Assembly (NCBI GenBank): GCA_947476195.1
Contig: CANJPT010000010.1
Span: 17,167 to 49,166 of the forward strand
Source: Lewinellaceae bacterium
GTDB taxonomy: Bacteria; Bacteroidota; Bacteroidia; Chitinophagales; Saprospiraceae
Reading direction: 5' to 3'
Length of the DNA stretch: 32,000 bases
A program made the position numbers and the translations under genes. Below the pieces are notes generated by a model. The model was given only the letters and a program-made list of their open reading frames with translations. It ran no database searches and was not told the origin of the DNA. Below, piece by piece: positions 16,654 to 24,712 of this stretch (positions are counted from its first letter, which is position 1; each line of letters starts with the position of its first letter).

Positions 16654-17133
16654 TCATACCTCATCGTTTTCCCCTCCCATCACATCGTTTGCCAAATCTG
16701 CAAATTCATTTGGATCAAAGGCGGCGGTAGAGGTATACTGCTCTGGCGACCAAATTTCAATCTTGCCGTTCATAGCAAGCAGTACTGCATCCTTGGTGAT
16801 GCCCGCATAATCCATCAATGGCTTCTGCAACAGGATTCTGTCCGCGCTGTCAGTGGTAAGAGGGTAGGCTCCGTAGTGAAAAGAGCGTACAAAGGCGCGG
16901 TTCCGGTCATTGAAACTATTGAGACGGCTCAACTTAGCAGCGATGCCGTCCCAGACCGGCTTGGGGTAAAGTGTGAGACACTTCTCAAAACCCCGGTTTA
17001 CTACAAATTCATAAGCTGTCCCGTCGCCATTGGATCCTGCTGTTAAAGCAGGTAGTTGGCGGAGCAGCGCGGTTGGTAAGCGCAAGCGTCCCTTGTCGTC
17101 AAGGGAGACCGGATATTCACCGATGAGTTGCAT
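16654..17133 (-). CDS. mraZ: Transcriptional regulator MraZ
   Basis: 159 aa with two SpoVT/AbrB-like repeats carrying the DxxGR signature (LDDKGRLRLP...). It is the first gene of the dcw cluster. Confidence 0.92.
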   Translation of the reverse strand: MQLIGEYPVSLDDKGRLRLPTALLRQLPALTAGSNGDGTAYEFVVNRGFEKCLTLYPKPVWDGIAAKLSRLNSFNDRNRAFVRSFHYGAYPLTTDSADRILLQKPLMDYAGITKDAVLLAMNGKIEIWSPEQYTSTAAFDPNEFADLANDVMGGENDEV

Positions 17134-17204
17134 TTAAGAATAGGACTGTATTCTGCTAAGCATGAGTCGGGACAAATGTGGGATCGGTCACCAATTCACA
17201 AGGA

Positions 17205-17212
17205 CAAAAGTA
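17205..17212 (-). promoter_or_regulatory. Candidate -7 promoter element (TACTTTTG, fits TAnnTTTG) for the dcw operon
   Basis: It lies on the minus strand 72 nt upstream of the mraZ ATG. A TTTG lies 23 nt further upstream, slightly longer than the usual spacing. The element is immediately downstream of the three 10-bp-spaced repeats listed next. Confidence 0.3.
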
Positions 17213-17220
17213 GATAATGT

Positions 17221-17246
17221 TTCCATATTTTCCCACAAATCAACAC
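17221..17246 (-). promoter_or_regulatory. Candidate MraZ operator: three direct repeats with 10-bp spacing
   Basis: The minus strand reads GTGTTGatttGTGGGAaaatATGGAA. On the plus strand these are caacac at 17241, tcccac at 17231 and ttccat at 17221. This resembles the triple TGGGN, 10-bp-phased MraZ operator described in E. coli and lies 88-113 nt upstream of mraZ. Confidence 0.35.
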
Positions 17247-17665
17247 AAATAATACATTTTAATAAATATATATTTTAATAGTATTTATAATATATTTATA
17301 TTCAACAATTTATAATTTAATTATTTTTATATTTACTTTTAGACAAAAACCTGTTTAGTCCAAAAATACAGGACAAAACAAAGGTCCGACTTTAAATTCA
17401 ATGCCAAAAAGGATTTTTTGAATAAAAATCACTCTGTTTAGGGGACACTGAATCTGGCATTAGCTAATTTGAATAACTTGTGGGAAAAAGTGGAGAACAA
17501 TAATTATGCCGTATATAAAGGAGGGGAAAGGAGCACAAAGTGTACCCTGAAACGGTTTGGCCTTCAAAGTCTGAGTAGATGCCCAACCCTGGAAAAGCGG
17601 GCTTTGATCATCACTTTATAAGAGATCAATGCCATATTAAACGCAGTCCCAACCTTGTAAAACAG

Positions 17666-17703
17666 CAGATGCCCTTTCAGTCTGTTGACCGAAAGGGCAT
17701 CTG
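17666..17703 (-). terminator. Intrinsic terminator-like hairpin downstream of the S8 peptidase gene
   Basis: 13-bp stem: cagatgccctttc (17666..17678) with gaaagggcatctg (17691..17703), and a 12-nt loop. It lies 22 nt after the stop at 17725. On the minus strand it is followed by CTGTTTTAC. Confidence 0.6.
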
Positions 17704-17724
17704 AATGCACGTTTTCTGTTGCAA

Positions 17725-19431
17725 TTAAGCCCGTGGCTCTTTGCTCAGATTCTTATTGATTTTACCCATACCGGCTTCACGCCAAATAGCCTTTTTGGAC
17801 TTCTTGGCAGCCTTAGTCTTTTCGGCCAACGCAACGGCATTGGTTGCACTAACGGTACCACCGCTCACGCACAAATCCGAAAACATCACCTTTTCTTTTG
17901 TACCTGGCTTGATGACTTCGCCGTCCAGCTTCAACACAGAGGTTTCTATGATTTGCTTTACCTGTACAGCGGAAAGATCAGGATAGTAAGAACGGATCAA
18001 GGCAGCAACACCAGCTGCAGCCGGGCATGCCATTGAGGTGCCGCTGGCCGGGCCATATTTTCCATCAGGAATGGTTGACTGGAGTTGTACGCCAGGCGAG
18101 AAGATGTCTACAGATTTTTTGCCGTAGTTCGAAAAACTGGCTACGCGCTTTTCCCCTGTTTTCCACCCGAGTGCACCAATTTCCATCCAGGTTGTTACAT
18201 GTTTTTCTTTGCTGAAAAGTCCTTTTTTGACTGGTTTATTAAATTTGTCATTTGGAAAATTCCCGCCCAAGTCATTGTTTTCCGAATCATTTCCGGCAGC
18301 ATGAACCACCAGCACATCGTGCTCTGCGGCATAATGCATCGCCTGATCCACATACCATTTGTTGGGGCTGTATCCTTTACCAAACGACATATTGATAACA
18401 CTGGCGCCATTGTCTACAGCGTAGAAAATAGCATTGGCAACGTCTTTATCCCGTTCGTCGCCATCTGGCACGCAACGCACGGTCATGATGCGCACATTAT
18501 CTGCAACACCGCGAATACCAATGTCATTGTTGCGGTTAGCCGCAATGATTCCGGATACATGGGTACCGTGAAATGCCTCTGGACCTTCATATTCATTAGT
18601 GCCGTAAAATCGATTGGTAAGATCATTCGGGTCATCGCCAACCATCGCGCGGGCATTGTAATCAGGATTGAGTTGATACTCCACCTGATTATAGAAATGC
18701 TCTGATGCATCTTTCTTGGCATCATCAAGATCCTTGCGGGATGTAAGCCCCTGGCCCATGACCATTTTAGTGATCTCGACTGACTTTTTCAACTCTTCAT
18801 TCCCTGTAACATTGATAGCCGCCACATTGTCAGCATTAAATTCTTTTCCTGCGAGGGCTTTTTCTACTACATTGAACGCATCTTCAATAGGTTTGAGTTG
18901 TTTGGTTGCATTTTCCATACCGCTAAGTGCTTCTGCACGTTGCGCCTCAAATTCTTCTTTGATTTTTACCCAAGATTTGTACTCAGCGGCATCCTTGCCG
19001 TGCAGGCTTTTCGAATCGATACCGTCAAAGCGTTTTTTAAGGCGGGCATATTCACGGGTAAGTTCAAGCGTTTCGTGGTTAACATTGCCGCCAGGGCCCG
19101 CGAGAAAATTCCAGCCATGAACATCATCCACATACCCATTATTATCGTCATCTTTTTTGTTACCTGGAATTTCACCCGGATTGGTCCAGATCACATCCTT
19201 AAGGTCTTCGTGATCAATTTCTACTCCTGAGTCAAGGACGGCCACGATAACAGTCTGGCTTTTTTTGCTCTTATTTTTCAACATTTGAATTGCAGCATCC
19301 CCACCAGTTCCGTTTACTTTGTCAGCTGTAGGATCAAGGTTAAACCAGTTGTCGGGAGCTTTGCTTTGCGCCGACAGGAACAGGCCAGGAAGGCACGCGA
19401 TGGCGACGAGAAGACTTTTTTTGAATACCAT
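17725..19431 (-). CDS. Secreted S8 (subtilisin-family) serine peptidase
   Basis: The catalytic triad contexts are VAVLDSGV (Asp), HGTHVSGIIAA (His) and GTSMACPAAAGVAAL (Ser). The signal peptide MVFKKSLLVAIACLPGLFLSAQ sets the start at ATG 19431; the track ORF begins 36 codons upstream. A K/E-rich insert of about 170 aa lies between the DDVHGWNF loop and the catalytic His. Confidence 0.9.
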   Translation of the reverse strand: MVFKKSLLVAIACLPGLFLSAQSKAPDNWFNLDPTADKVNGTGGDAAIQMLKNKSKKSQTVIVAVLDSGVEIDHEDLKDVIWTNPGEIPGNKKDDDNNGYVDDVHGWNFLAGPGGNVNHETLELTREYARLKKRFDGIDSKSLHGKDAAEYKSWVKIKEEFEAQRAEALSGMENATKQLKPIEDAFNVVEKALAGKEFNADNVAAINVTGNEELKKSVEITKMVMGQGLTSRKDLDDAKKDASEHFYNQVEYQLNPDYNARAMVGDDPNDLTNRFYGTNEYEGPEAFHGTHVSGIIAANRNNDIGIRGVADNVRIMTVRCVPDGDERDKDVANAIFYAVDNGASVINMSFGKGYSPNKWYVDQAMHYAAEHDVLVVHAAGNDSENNDLGGNFPNDKFNKPVKKGLFSKEKHVTTWMEIGALGWKTGEKRVASFSNYGKKSVDIFSPGVQLQSTIPDGKYGPASGTSMACPAAAGVAALIRSYYPDLSAVQVKQIIETSVLKLDGEVIKPGTKEKVMFSDLCVSGGTVSATNAVALAEKTKAAKKSKKAIWREAGMGKINKNLSKEPRA

Positions 19432-19725
19432 GTCAGAAAAAAATTTTAGCTCCCTACTAATTCTTCCGGATGGAAGGACGTTGAAAGGAGCGGTGATTAA
19501 TTTAAAAATGAATCGAAGCCCGCTATGGCGGACAAACAAGTATTTGAAACGGCAAAATTAGTGCGTTGTGCGTTCAGTTAAGGAAGTTTAGACAAAAACA
19601 CGGTAGAGAGGGGCGTACGCCAGAATTAACCTGTTGGAGCAACACAAAGTGACCGGATTTAGACAATTTAAGTTTTTATCTGACACTTTTACGCCAAACC
19701 TATCACACAGATATCTGCTTTGCGA

Positions 19726-19733
19726 TACCTTTG
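19726..19733 (+). promoter_or_regulatory. Candidate -7 promoter element (TACCTTTG) for the T9SS cargo gene
   Basis: It fits TAnnTTTG and lies 34 nt upstream of ATG 19767. No properly spaced -33 TTTG was seen. Confidence 0.3.
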
Positions 19734-19766
19734 TTTTTTCATCTTATAAACCAATCTATTCCCGCA

Positions 19767-20561
19767 ATGATTATCCGATTTTTCACTCCAATTGTTGGAG
19801 CAGTACTTACCTTACTTTCTTTCAATCTTAGCGCGCAAGGCTTTGGTGTTACAGTAGACAGTGCAGACGCTAAAACCGGACAAATTGTCTGCCTCCCGGT
19901 AAGAGCCCTAGGATTTACCAATATTATCAGTTTTCAATACTCTCTTACCTGGAACCAGCAGGAATTGACCTTTGATCACACTCAAAACTTTAACCTGCCT
20001 GCTTGGATGGCAAATGATTTTGGCGCAAACACTCCTGGATTGTTGTTGGTAGGCTGGTCTGATATCGATGGCCAGCCAAGAACCAGAGCCAATGGAGCTA
20101 TTCTCTACGAGGCTTGCTTTAAAGTAATCGGTCCATTAGGCAGTAGTTCTGATATTACTCCCGGAACTACGGGCTTCCCACCCGGCACCGGAGGAGCAGA
20201 AGCTTACAACGCCAACTTTGAAAACGTTTACAACCCTAACCTGAATGTACCAGGCTACATAGAAGTGACCCTTGCCGCTGGCACCACAGATGCTGAGCTA
20301 CTCGGCAAACCTTTATTTCAACTAAGTCCTAACCCTACCCAGGCTTCGTCGCAGGTATTGGTAAAGTCAGCTGATTCGGGCCGGGCAACCTTGTCCGTGA
20401 CCGATGCCTCAGGCCGTACTTTGATGGAACAAAAAATCTCGTTGCATGCCGGCGACAACACTTTTGATATTCCTGCCAATGTATTGAATGCCAAAGGAAT
20501 GTATCAGGTATCGGTTAAAACAGATAAGGGAGTTACCTCCCAAATGCTTAGTGTGAACTAA
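19767..20561 (+). CDS. Secreted cohesin-like domain protein with a T9SS C-terminal sorting domain
   Basis: Signal peptide MIIRFFTPIVGAVLTLLSFNLSAQ. The N-terminal region has a cohesin-like pattern (VCLPVRALGFTNIISFQYSLTWNQQELTF). The C-terminal 80 or so aa (LSPNPTQ...LSVTDASGRTLMEQKI...GMYQVSVKTDKGVTSQMLSVN) are typical of Por/T9SS tails. Confidence 0.8.
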   Translation: MIIRFFTPIVGAVLTLLSFNLSAQGFGVTVDSADAKTGQIVCLPVRALGFTNIISFQYSLTWNQQELTFDHTQNFNLPAWMANDFGANTPGLLLVGWSDIDGQPRTRANGAILYEACFKVIGPLGSSSDITPGTTGFPPGTGGAEAYNANFENVYNPNLNVPGYIEVTLAAGTTDAELLGKPLFQLSPNPTQASSQVLVKSADSGRATLSVTDASGRTLMEQKISLHAGDNTFDIPANVLNAKGMYQVSVKTDKGVTSQMLSVN

Positions 20562-20580
20562 TGGTATCATCCAGTTCAAT

Positions 20581-20955
20581 TTGTCCCAAAATGAACGACC
20601 GATGTTTACCCATATCACGGTTGGATTACTTTCTTTTTCCTGGGTACAAAATATCAAGGTACCCGGAATGAGCGTAGGGGATATTAACTCGTCGGCCTAT
20701 CCTAATATTCTTATATTTAGCTCTGGTCACAACCTGCTGGAGCATATACAGCAATGGCATAAGGTGAGACCATGTATAGAAATATGCTTTCCGGCAGGCG
20801 GTGCTGAAGGAAGCTATACAAGTATCAAACCTGGGCCGGATGGCTCCACTTCTTTTGCGTGGGAAGCGGAGGCTTATGATTGTTCGACTACAGATGTCTG
20901 GTCGTTAGCAGGATGTATGCCAGGAAACAACGAATGCGTCTTCACCCACATCTAA
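20581..20955 (+). CDS. Orphan ORF, Cys-containing, no recognisable family (coding status uncertain)
   Basis: 124-aa ORF with a TTG start; internal ATGs are possible at about 20602 and 20668. It occupies an otherwise empty 466-bp gap between two convergent genes. No motif was recognised. Confidence 0.3.
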   Translation: MSQNERPMFTHITVGLLSFSWVQNIKVPGMSVGDINSSAYPNILIFSSGHNLLEHIQQWHKVRPCIEICFPAGGAEGSYTSIKPGPDGSTSFAWEAEAYDCSTTDVWSLAGCMPGNNECVFTHI

Positions 20956-21027
20956 AATCTTAAATCATGTAATCGGCACTCGTAAATCATTAAAACCAAC
21001 AACATTGGGCTTTATCCACAATTAACC

Positions 21028-22590
21028 TCAAAACCACCCGGTCTTCTTCCGACTAGCACTCCTCGCGCCACCCAATCCTAAAATCCCGAGCAATCCACGG
21101 GTCAATTCCCGGGCCACTGTCCGGCCGATCTGACGGGCAAGCGGATCATTGGCGATCGTTTCGATCATGCCTGGTTCTTCTTTTTCTGGTTTGGATGGTT
21201 TATCTTGTGGTTGCTGCGCAGTTTGCCGCTCCTGTACTTCCGCTATTTTGCCATTTAGGATCTCATACGCACTATCCCGATCTACTTCCTGATTGTATTT
21301 GCGCGCCAACGCAGAACGGCTTAGTATATCGTCTATTTCCGTTGGGGTAAGAATGTCCATCCGGCTTTCAGGCGGGCGCATGAGCGTATGTGCCAGGGGG
21401 GTCGGAATACCTTTTTCGTTGAGTACACTGACAATCGCTTCGCCTATACCTAGATTAGTGAGCAGATCTTCCGTCTCGTAATATTCTGTGATCGGGTAGT
21501 TTTCCGCAGCCAGTTTGATTGCTTTCCGGTCTTTGGCCGTGAAGGCACGGAGGGAGTGTTGCAGTTTCAATCCCAATTGAGCCAGGATACTGTCCGGGAT
21601 ATCAGTTGGATTCTGGGTAATGAAGAAAATACCGACTCCTTTAGACCGCACCAATTTAATGATCGCCTCCAATTGCTGCATTAGTGCCGAACTGGCTTCC
21701 TGAAACACCAGGTGCGCCTCATCAATAAAGATGCAAAGCTCGGGCTGTTCCACATCGCCTTTTTCAGGGAAAGATGCATAAATTTCAGCCAACATCTGAA
21801 GCATGAAGGTGCTAAACAACTTAGGTCGATCCTGAATGTCAGTGAGTCTTACGATGCTGATGACGCCACGCCCATTCTCGTCTATACGCGCGAGGTCGTG
21901 CACATCAAAAGAAACCTCGCCAAAGAAGGTTTCCGCCCCTTGCTGCTCGAGCTCTACCACCTTTCGGAGGATGGTACCTGCAGTAGCACTGGAGAATTGG
22001 CCGAATTCGGCTTCTATCTCTTCTTTACCTTCGTTGCCGAGAAACTGAAGCACTTTTTTGAAATCCTTAAGATCGAGGAGCGGGTAGTTTCGGTCATCAC
22101 AATATTTGAATACAACAGATACTACCCCACCCTGTGTGTCATTCAACCCCAAAATACGGGAGAAAAGAACAGGGCCAAATTCACTAATGGTAGCCCGCAG
22201 TCTGGAACCTTTTTCACCCGAAAGGGTTAAGAACTCAACTGAATTGCCTATTCCATGCCAGGTAATACCTATTTTTCCGGCACGTTCGGTAATTTTGGGA
22301 TTATCCGTTCCAGGCATGGCAATTCCGCTAAGATCTCCTTTAACGTCCATGAGCAGACAAGGCACCCCACTGGCGGCAAGTTGCTCTGCTATGGCTTGCA
22401 AACTCTTGGTTTTACCAGTTCCTGTGGCGCCGGCAATGAGGCCATGTCGGTTCATGGTCTGTAATGGAACTTTAATTTGAAGGCTAGGAATGGCTTCACC
22501 ATCCAGCATCGCGCCGCCAAGCACGATATTGGCCCCGGAAAAATTGTAGCCTGCCTGAATGGCCGCAACGAAAGAATCTTTTTTTGACAC
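21028..22590 (-). CDS. DUF853 / HerA-like P-loop ATPase (YjgR family)
   Basis: 520 aa with Walker A NRHGLIAGATGTGKTKS and a Walker B-like LCIFIDEAHLVF. The length and the basic C-terminal tail match YjgR-type proteins. The start appears to be GTG at 22590. Confidence 0.8.
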   Translation of the reverse strand: MSKKDSFVAAIQAGYNFSGANIVLGGAMLDGEAIPSLQIKVPLQTMNRHGLIAGATGTGKTKSLQAIAEQLAASGVPCLLMDVKGDLSGIAMPGTDNPKITERAGKIGITWHGIGNSVEFLTLSGEKGSRLRATISEFGPVLFSRILGLNDTQGGVVSVVFKYCDDRNYPLLDLKDFKKVLQFLGNEGKEEIEAEFGQFSSATAGTILRKVVELEQQGAETFFGEVSFDVHDLARIDENGRGVISIVRLTDIQDRPKLFSTFMLQMLAEIYASFPEKGDVEQPELCIFIDEAHLVFQEASSALMQQLEAIIKLVRSKGVGIFFITQNPTDIPDSILAQLGLKLQHSLRAFTAKDRKAIKLAAENYPITEYYETEDLLTNLGIGEAIVSVLNEKGIPTPLAHTLMRPPESRMDILTPTEIDDILSRSALARKYNQEVDRDSAYEILNGKIAEVQERQTAQQPQDKPSKPEKEEPGMIETIANDPLARQIGRTVARELTRGLLGILGLGGARSASRKKTGWF

Positions 22591-22796
22591 GTTGTAGGAT
22601 GTGGGATATAGGATGTAGGAAAAGGTTCTTGGTATTAGACTATAAAAGTTTTATACCGTGGTCATTTTAGTGACAAAAGTAGTCTGATGACAATCAATTT
22701 AAAAAAGATTTGGTTTTGAATGCCATTATAATAATTCGAAAGGCAATTTTGCCGGACAACGGATTCAAAAATACATCATACATCCAACATAAAACA

Positions 22797-23261
22797 ATGC
22801 ATCACAGAATACGGGTAGCAGGTCTGATCCACAGGGCCGACGAAATATTACTCATTCAACAACAAGATCGGCATGGGGTGCGCAACTGGAGCATCCCTGG
22901 TGGGCGCCTGGAATCTACAGATGCTGACATTTTCCGAGGAGTGGAACGAGAGGTCTGGGAAGAGACTGGTTTAAAAGTGGAAGCCCGGCAACTGCGGTTT
23001 GTTAGCGAGTACCTGGCTCCGGATATAATTGCGCTCACACTTATCATTGAGTGCCACCTGGCGAATGACGAACATCCAGACAATATACACCTCGACAACA
23101 TCATGGAAGATGATAACATTCACGGAGTAGCCTGGTGGCCCATTTCCAGAATCCGTACTTCTGATGAACCCATGAGTCAAATTTTGACTAAGCAAGCGTT
23201 TTGGGACGCTTTAGAACAAGCAGAGGGGATGGTTTATTTAGGACGGCATCATGATGTATGA
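22797..23261 (+). CDS. NUDIX hydrolase
   Basis: The Nudix box is GGRLESTDADIFRGVEREVWEETGL (GX5EX7REUXEEXGU). I place the start at ATG 22797 (MHHRIRVAGLI...). The track ORF starts 29 codons earlier on a non-ATG codon. Confidence 0.85.
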   Translation: MHHRIRVAGLIHRADEILLIQQQDRHGVRNWSIPGGRLESTDADIFRGVEREVWEETGLKVEARQLRFVSEYLAPDIIALTLIIECHLANDEHPDNIHLDNIMEDDNIHGVAWWPISRIRTSDEPMSQILTKQAFWDALEQAEGMVYLGRHHDV

Positions 23262-23420
23262 GTGAAAACAGTCCACTTTCAAGTAACTTTGAGCCCGAAT
23301 ATTTGGAATGCCTAATCAGGTTACGGGACATTTTGACATTGGATGTTGGACATGCACTCTAAAAACTTGAAAATCATTCACTTCCTGAATCGTGTCTAAC
23401 GCCTCCTGTCCATTAGTCTA

Positions 23421-24710
23421 ATGTATCCATCACTTCTAAGAAAGGAAAAAACGCTTGCCGTAATAGGCCTTGGATACGTCGGGTTGCCGATCGCCCTTGA
23501 GTTTGCGCGTGATTTTCGGGTGATTGGGTACGATATTGATGCTGTGCGTATTGCTATGATGCAGCGAGGAGAAGACCCCAGTCGGGAACTCGGCCCGGAA
23601 GAATTTACAGGTCGTGACATTCATTTTTCCTCTCAATTAGAGGACCTGGCCCAAGCCCATTTTTTTATAGTCGCCGTCCCGACCGATATAGATGAGCATA
23701 AGGTTCCCAACCTGAACCCACTGAAAAAAGCGTCCACAGATATTGGCAGCGTCCTAAAAAAAGGCGATTACGTAGTATACGAATCTACTGTATATCCAGG
23801 CTGCACTGAAGAAGATTGCCTCCCCATTCTGGAAAAATTATCCGGGCTGAAAATGGGGCCTGATTTCAAACTCGGCTACTCCCCCGAACGCATCAACCCG
23901 GGAGACAAAACAAAACCACTCACACAAATATTAAAGATTGTAAGTGGCTCAGATGCAGAAGCCCTGGAGGAAATTGCTAAAATCTACAGGCATATAATTG
24001 AAGCTGGAATTTACTGCGCCAGCACCATAAAAGTAGCTGAGGCCGCCAAAGTTATTGAGAATACCCAGCGCGATTTGAATATTTCGCTGATGAATGAACT
24101 CGCTATGATCTTTGACCTTATGGGCATTGATACACAGGAAGTGATCAAAGCCGCCGGAACCAAGTGGAACTTCCTGAAGTTTTACCCTGGACTTGTGGGC
24201 GGACACTGCATCGGGGTAGACCCTTACTACTTATTGCATAAATCCGTCGAACTGGGTTACGAACCACAAGTCATTCTCAGCGGCCGAAGGGTCAATGATG
24301 GTATGCCAGCATGGGTAGCTAAAAAAGCAGTGCAACTCCTGCTCAAAAAAGGCAAAAGTCCGCACCTGGCCAAAGTGCTCATTCTCGGAATCACATTCAA
24401 AGAAAACGTATCTGATATTCGAAACTCCAAAGTTGCCGCCATGGTCAACGAACTTCAGGACTTTTCAATCAATGTCCAGATCGCAGACTGCCATGCAAAC
24501 CCCAACGAGGTAGCCAAAGAATATAACCTGAGACTCAGCGACAACATTTCAACAGGATATGATGCCGTAGTAGTCGCCATAGGACACGATGAATACCGAA
24601 AGTATGATAGTGCATTTTTTAAATCAATCATGGGTGAAAACCCTATTTTGATGGATTTAAAAGCACTTTATGAAGATGTTGAGGAAGGAATCGAATATTG
24701 GAGACTATAA
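23421..24710 (+). CDS. wbpA: UDP-N-acetyl-D-glucosamine 6-dehydrogenase-type nucleotide-sugar dehydrogenase (WbpA/TviB/WbpO family)
   Basis: 429 aa with the N-terminal NAD fold LAVIGLGYVGLPIAL and the catalytic Cys context GLVGGHCIGVDPYY. The specific assignment is inferred from the adjacent WbpE/WbpB/WbpD-like genes. Confidence 0.75.
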   Translation: MYPSLLRKEKTLAVIGLGYVGLPIALEFARDFRVIGYDIDAVRIAMMQRGEDPSRELGPEEFTGRDIHFSSQLEDLAQAHFFIVAVPTDIDEHKVPNLNPLKKASTDIGSVLKKGDYVVYESTVYPGCTEEDCLPILEKLSGLKMGPDFKLGYSPERINPGDKTKPLTQILKIVSGSDAEALEEIAKIYRHIIEAGIYCASTIKVAEAAKVIENTQRDLNISLMNELAMIFDLMGIDTQEVIKAAGTKWNFLKFYPGLVGGHCIGVDPYYLLHKSVELGYEPQVILSGRRVNDGMPAWVAKKAVQLLLKKGKSPHLAKVLILGITFKENVSDIRNSKVAAMVNELQDFSINVQIADCHANPNEVAKEYNLRLSDNISTGYDAVVVAIGHDEYRKYDSAFFKSIMGENPILMDLKALYEDVEEGIEYWRL

Positions 24711-24712
24711 TG

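Noticed and set aside
17236-17340. The AT-rich tract upstream of mraZ as a possible replication origin or DNA-unwinding element.
   Set aside because: There is no cluster of good DnaA boxes around it; the nearby tcccaca-type sites are poor matches. A dcw leader is not a typical oriC context.
17582-17663. Two similar 16-nt segments, cccaaccctggaaaag (17582..17597) and cccaaccttgtaaaac (17648..17663), in the dcw leader.
   Set aside because: The match is short and imperfect (13/16 by eye) and has no associated structure. It is too weak to call without genome-wide counts.
18085-18705. A 206-aa plus-strand ORF, along with other plus-strand ORFs inside 17725..19431.
   Set aside because: It is antisense to the S8 peptidase gene, whose catalytic motifs are intact. 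It shows no recognisable features and is a shadow ORF.
18586-19092. A K/E-rich insert of about 170 aa between the Asp-side loop (DDVHGWNF) and the catalytic His of the S8 peptidase.
   Set aside because: From memory, a similar WNFLxG...NV..(E/D)T.ELTREY insert occurs in many Bacteroidota S8 peptidases. It is probably a subfamily trait rather than a novelty. This should be confirmed by alignment.
21012-21020. A perfect DnaA-box consensus TTATCCACA just downstream of the DUF853 gene.
   Set aside because: It is a single isolated 9-mer with no cluster, no adjacent AT-rich unwinding element and no dnaA or dnaN nearby. A match at this level is expected by chance in a window of this size.
21712-22230. 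A 172-aa plus-strand ORF inside the DUF853 gene, and similarly the 169-aa minus-strand ORF at 27194..27703 inside the acetyltransferase gene.
   Set aside because: Both are antisense to genes with clear family motifs (Walker A/B and hexapeptide repeats). There is no independent support for either.
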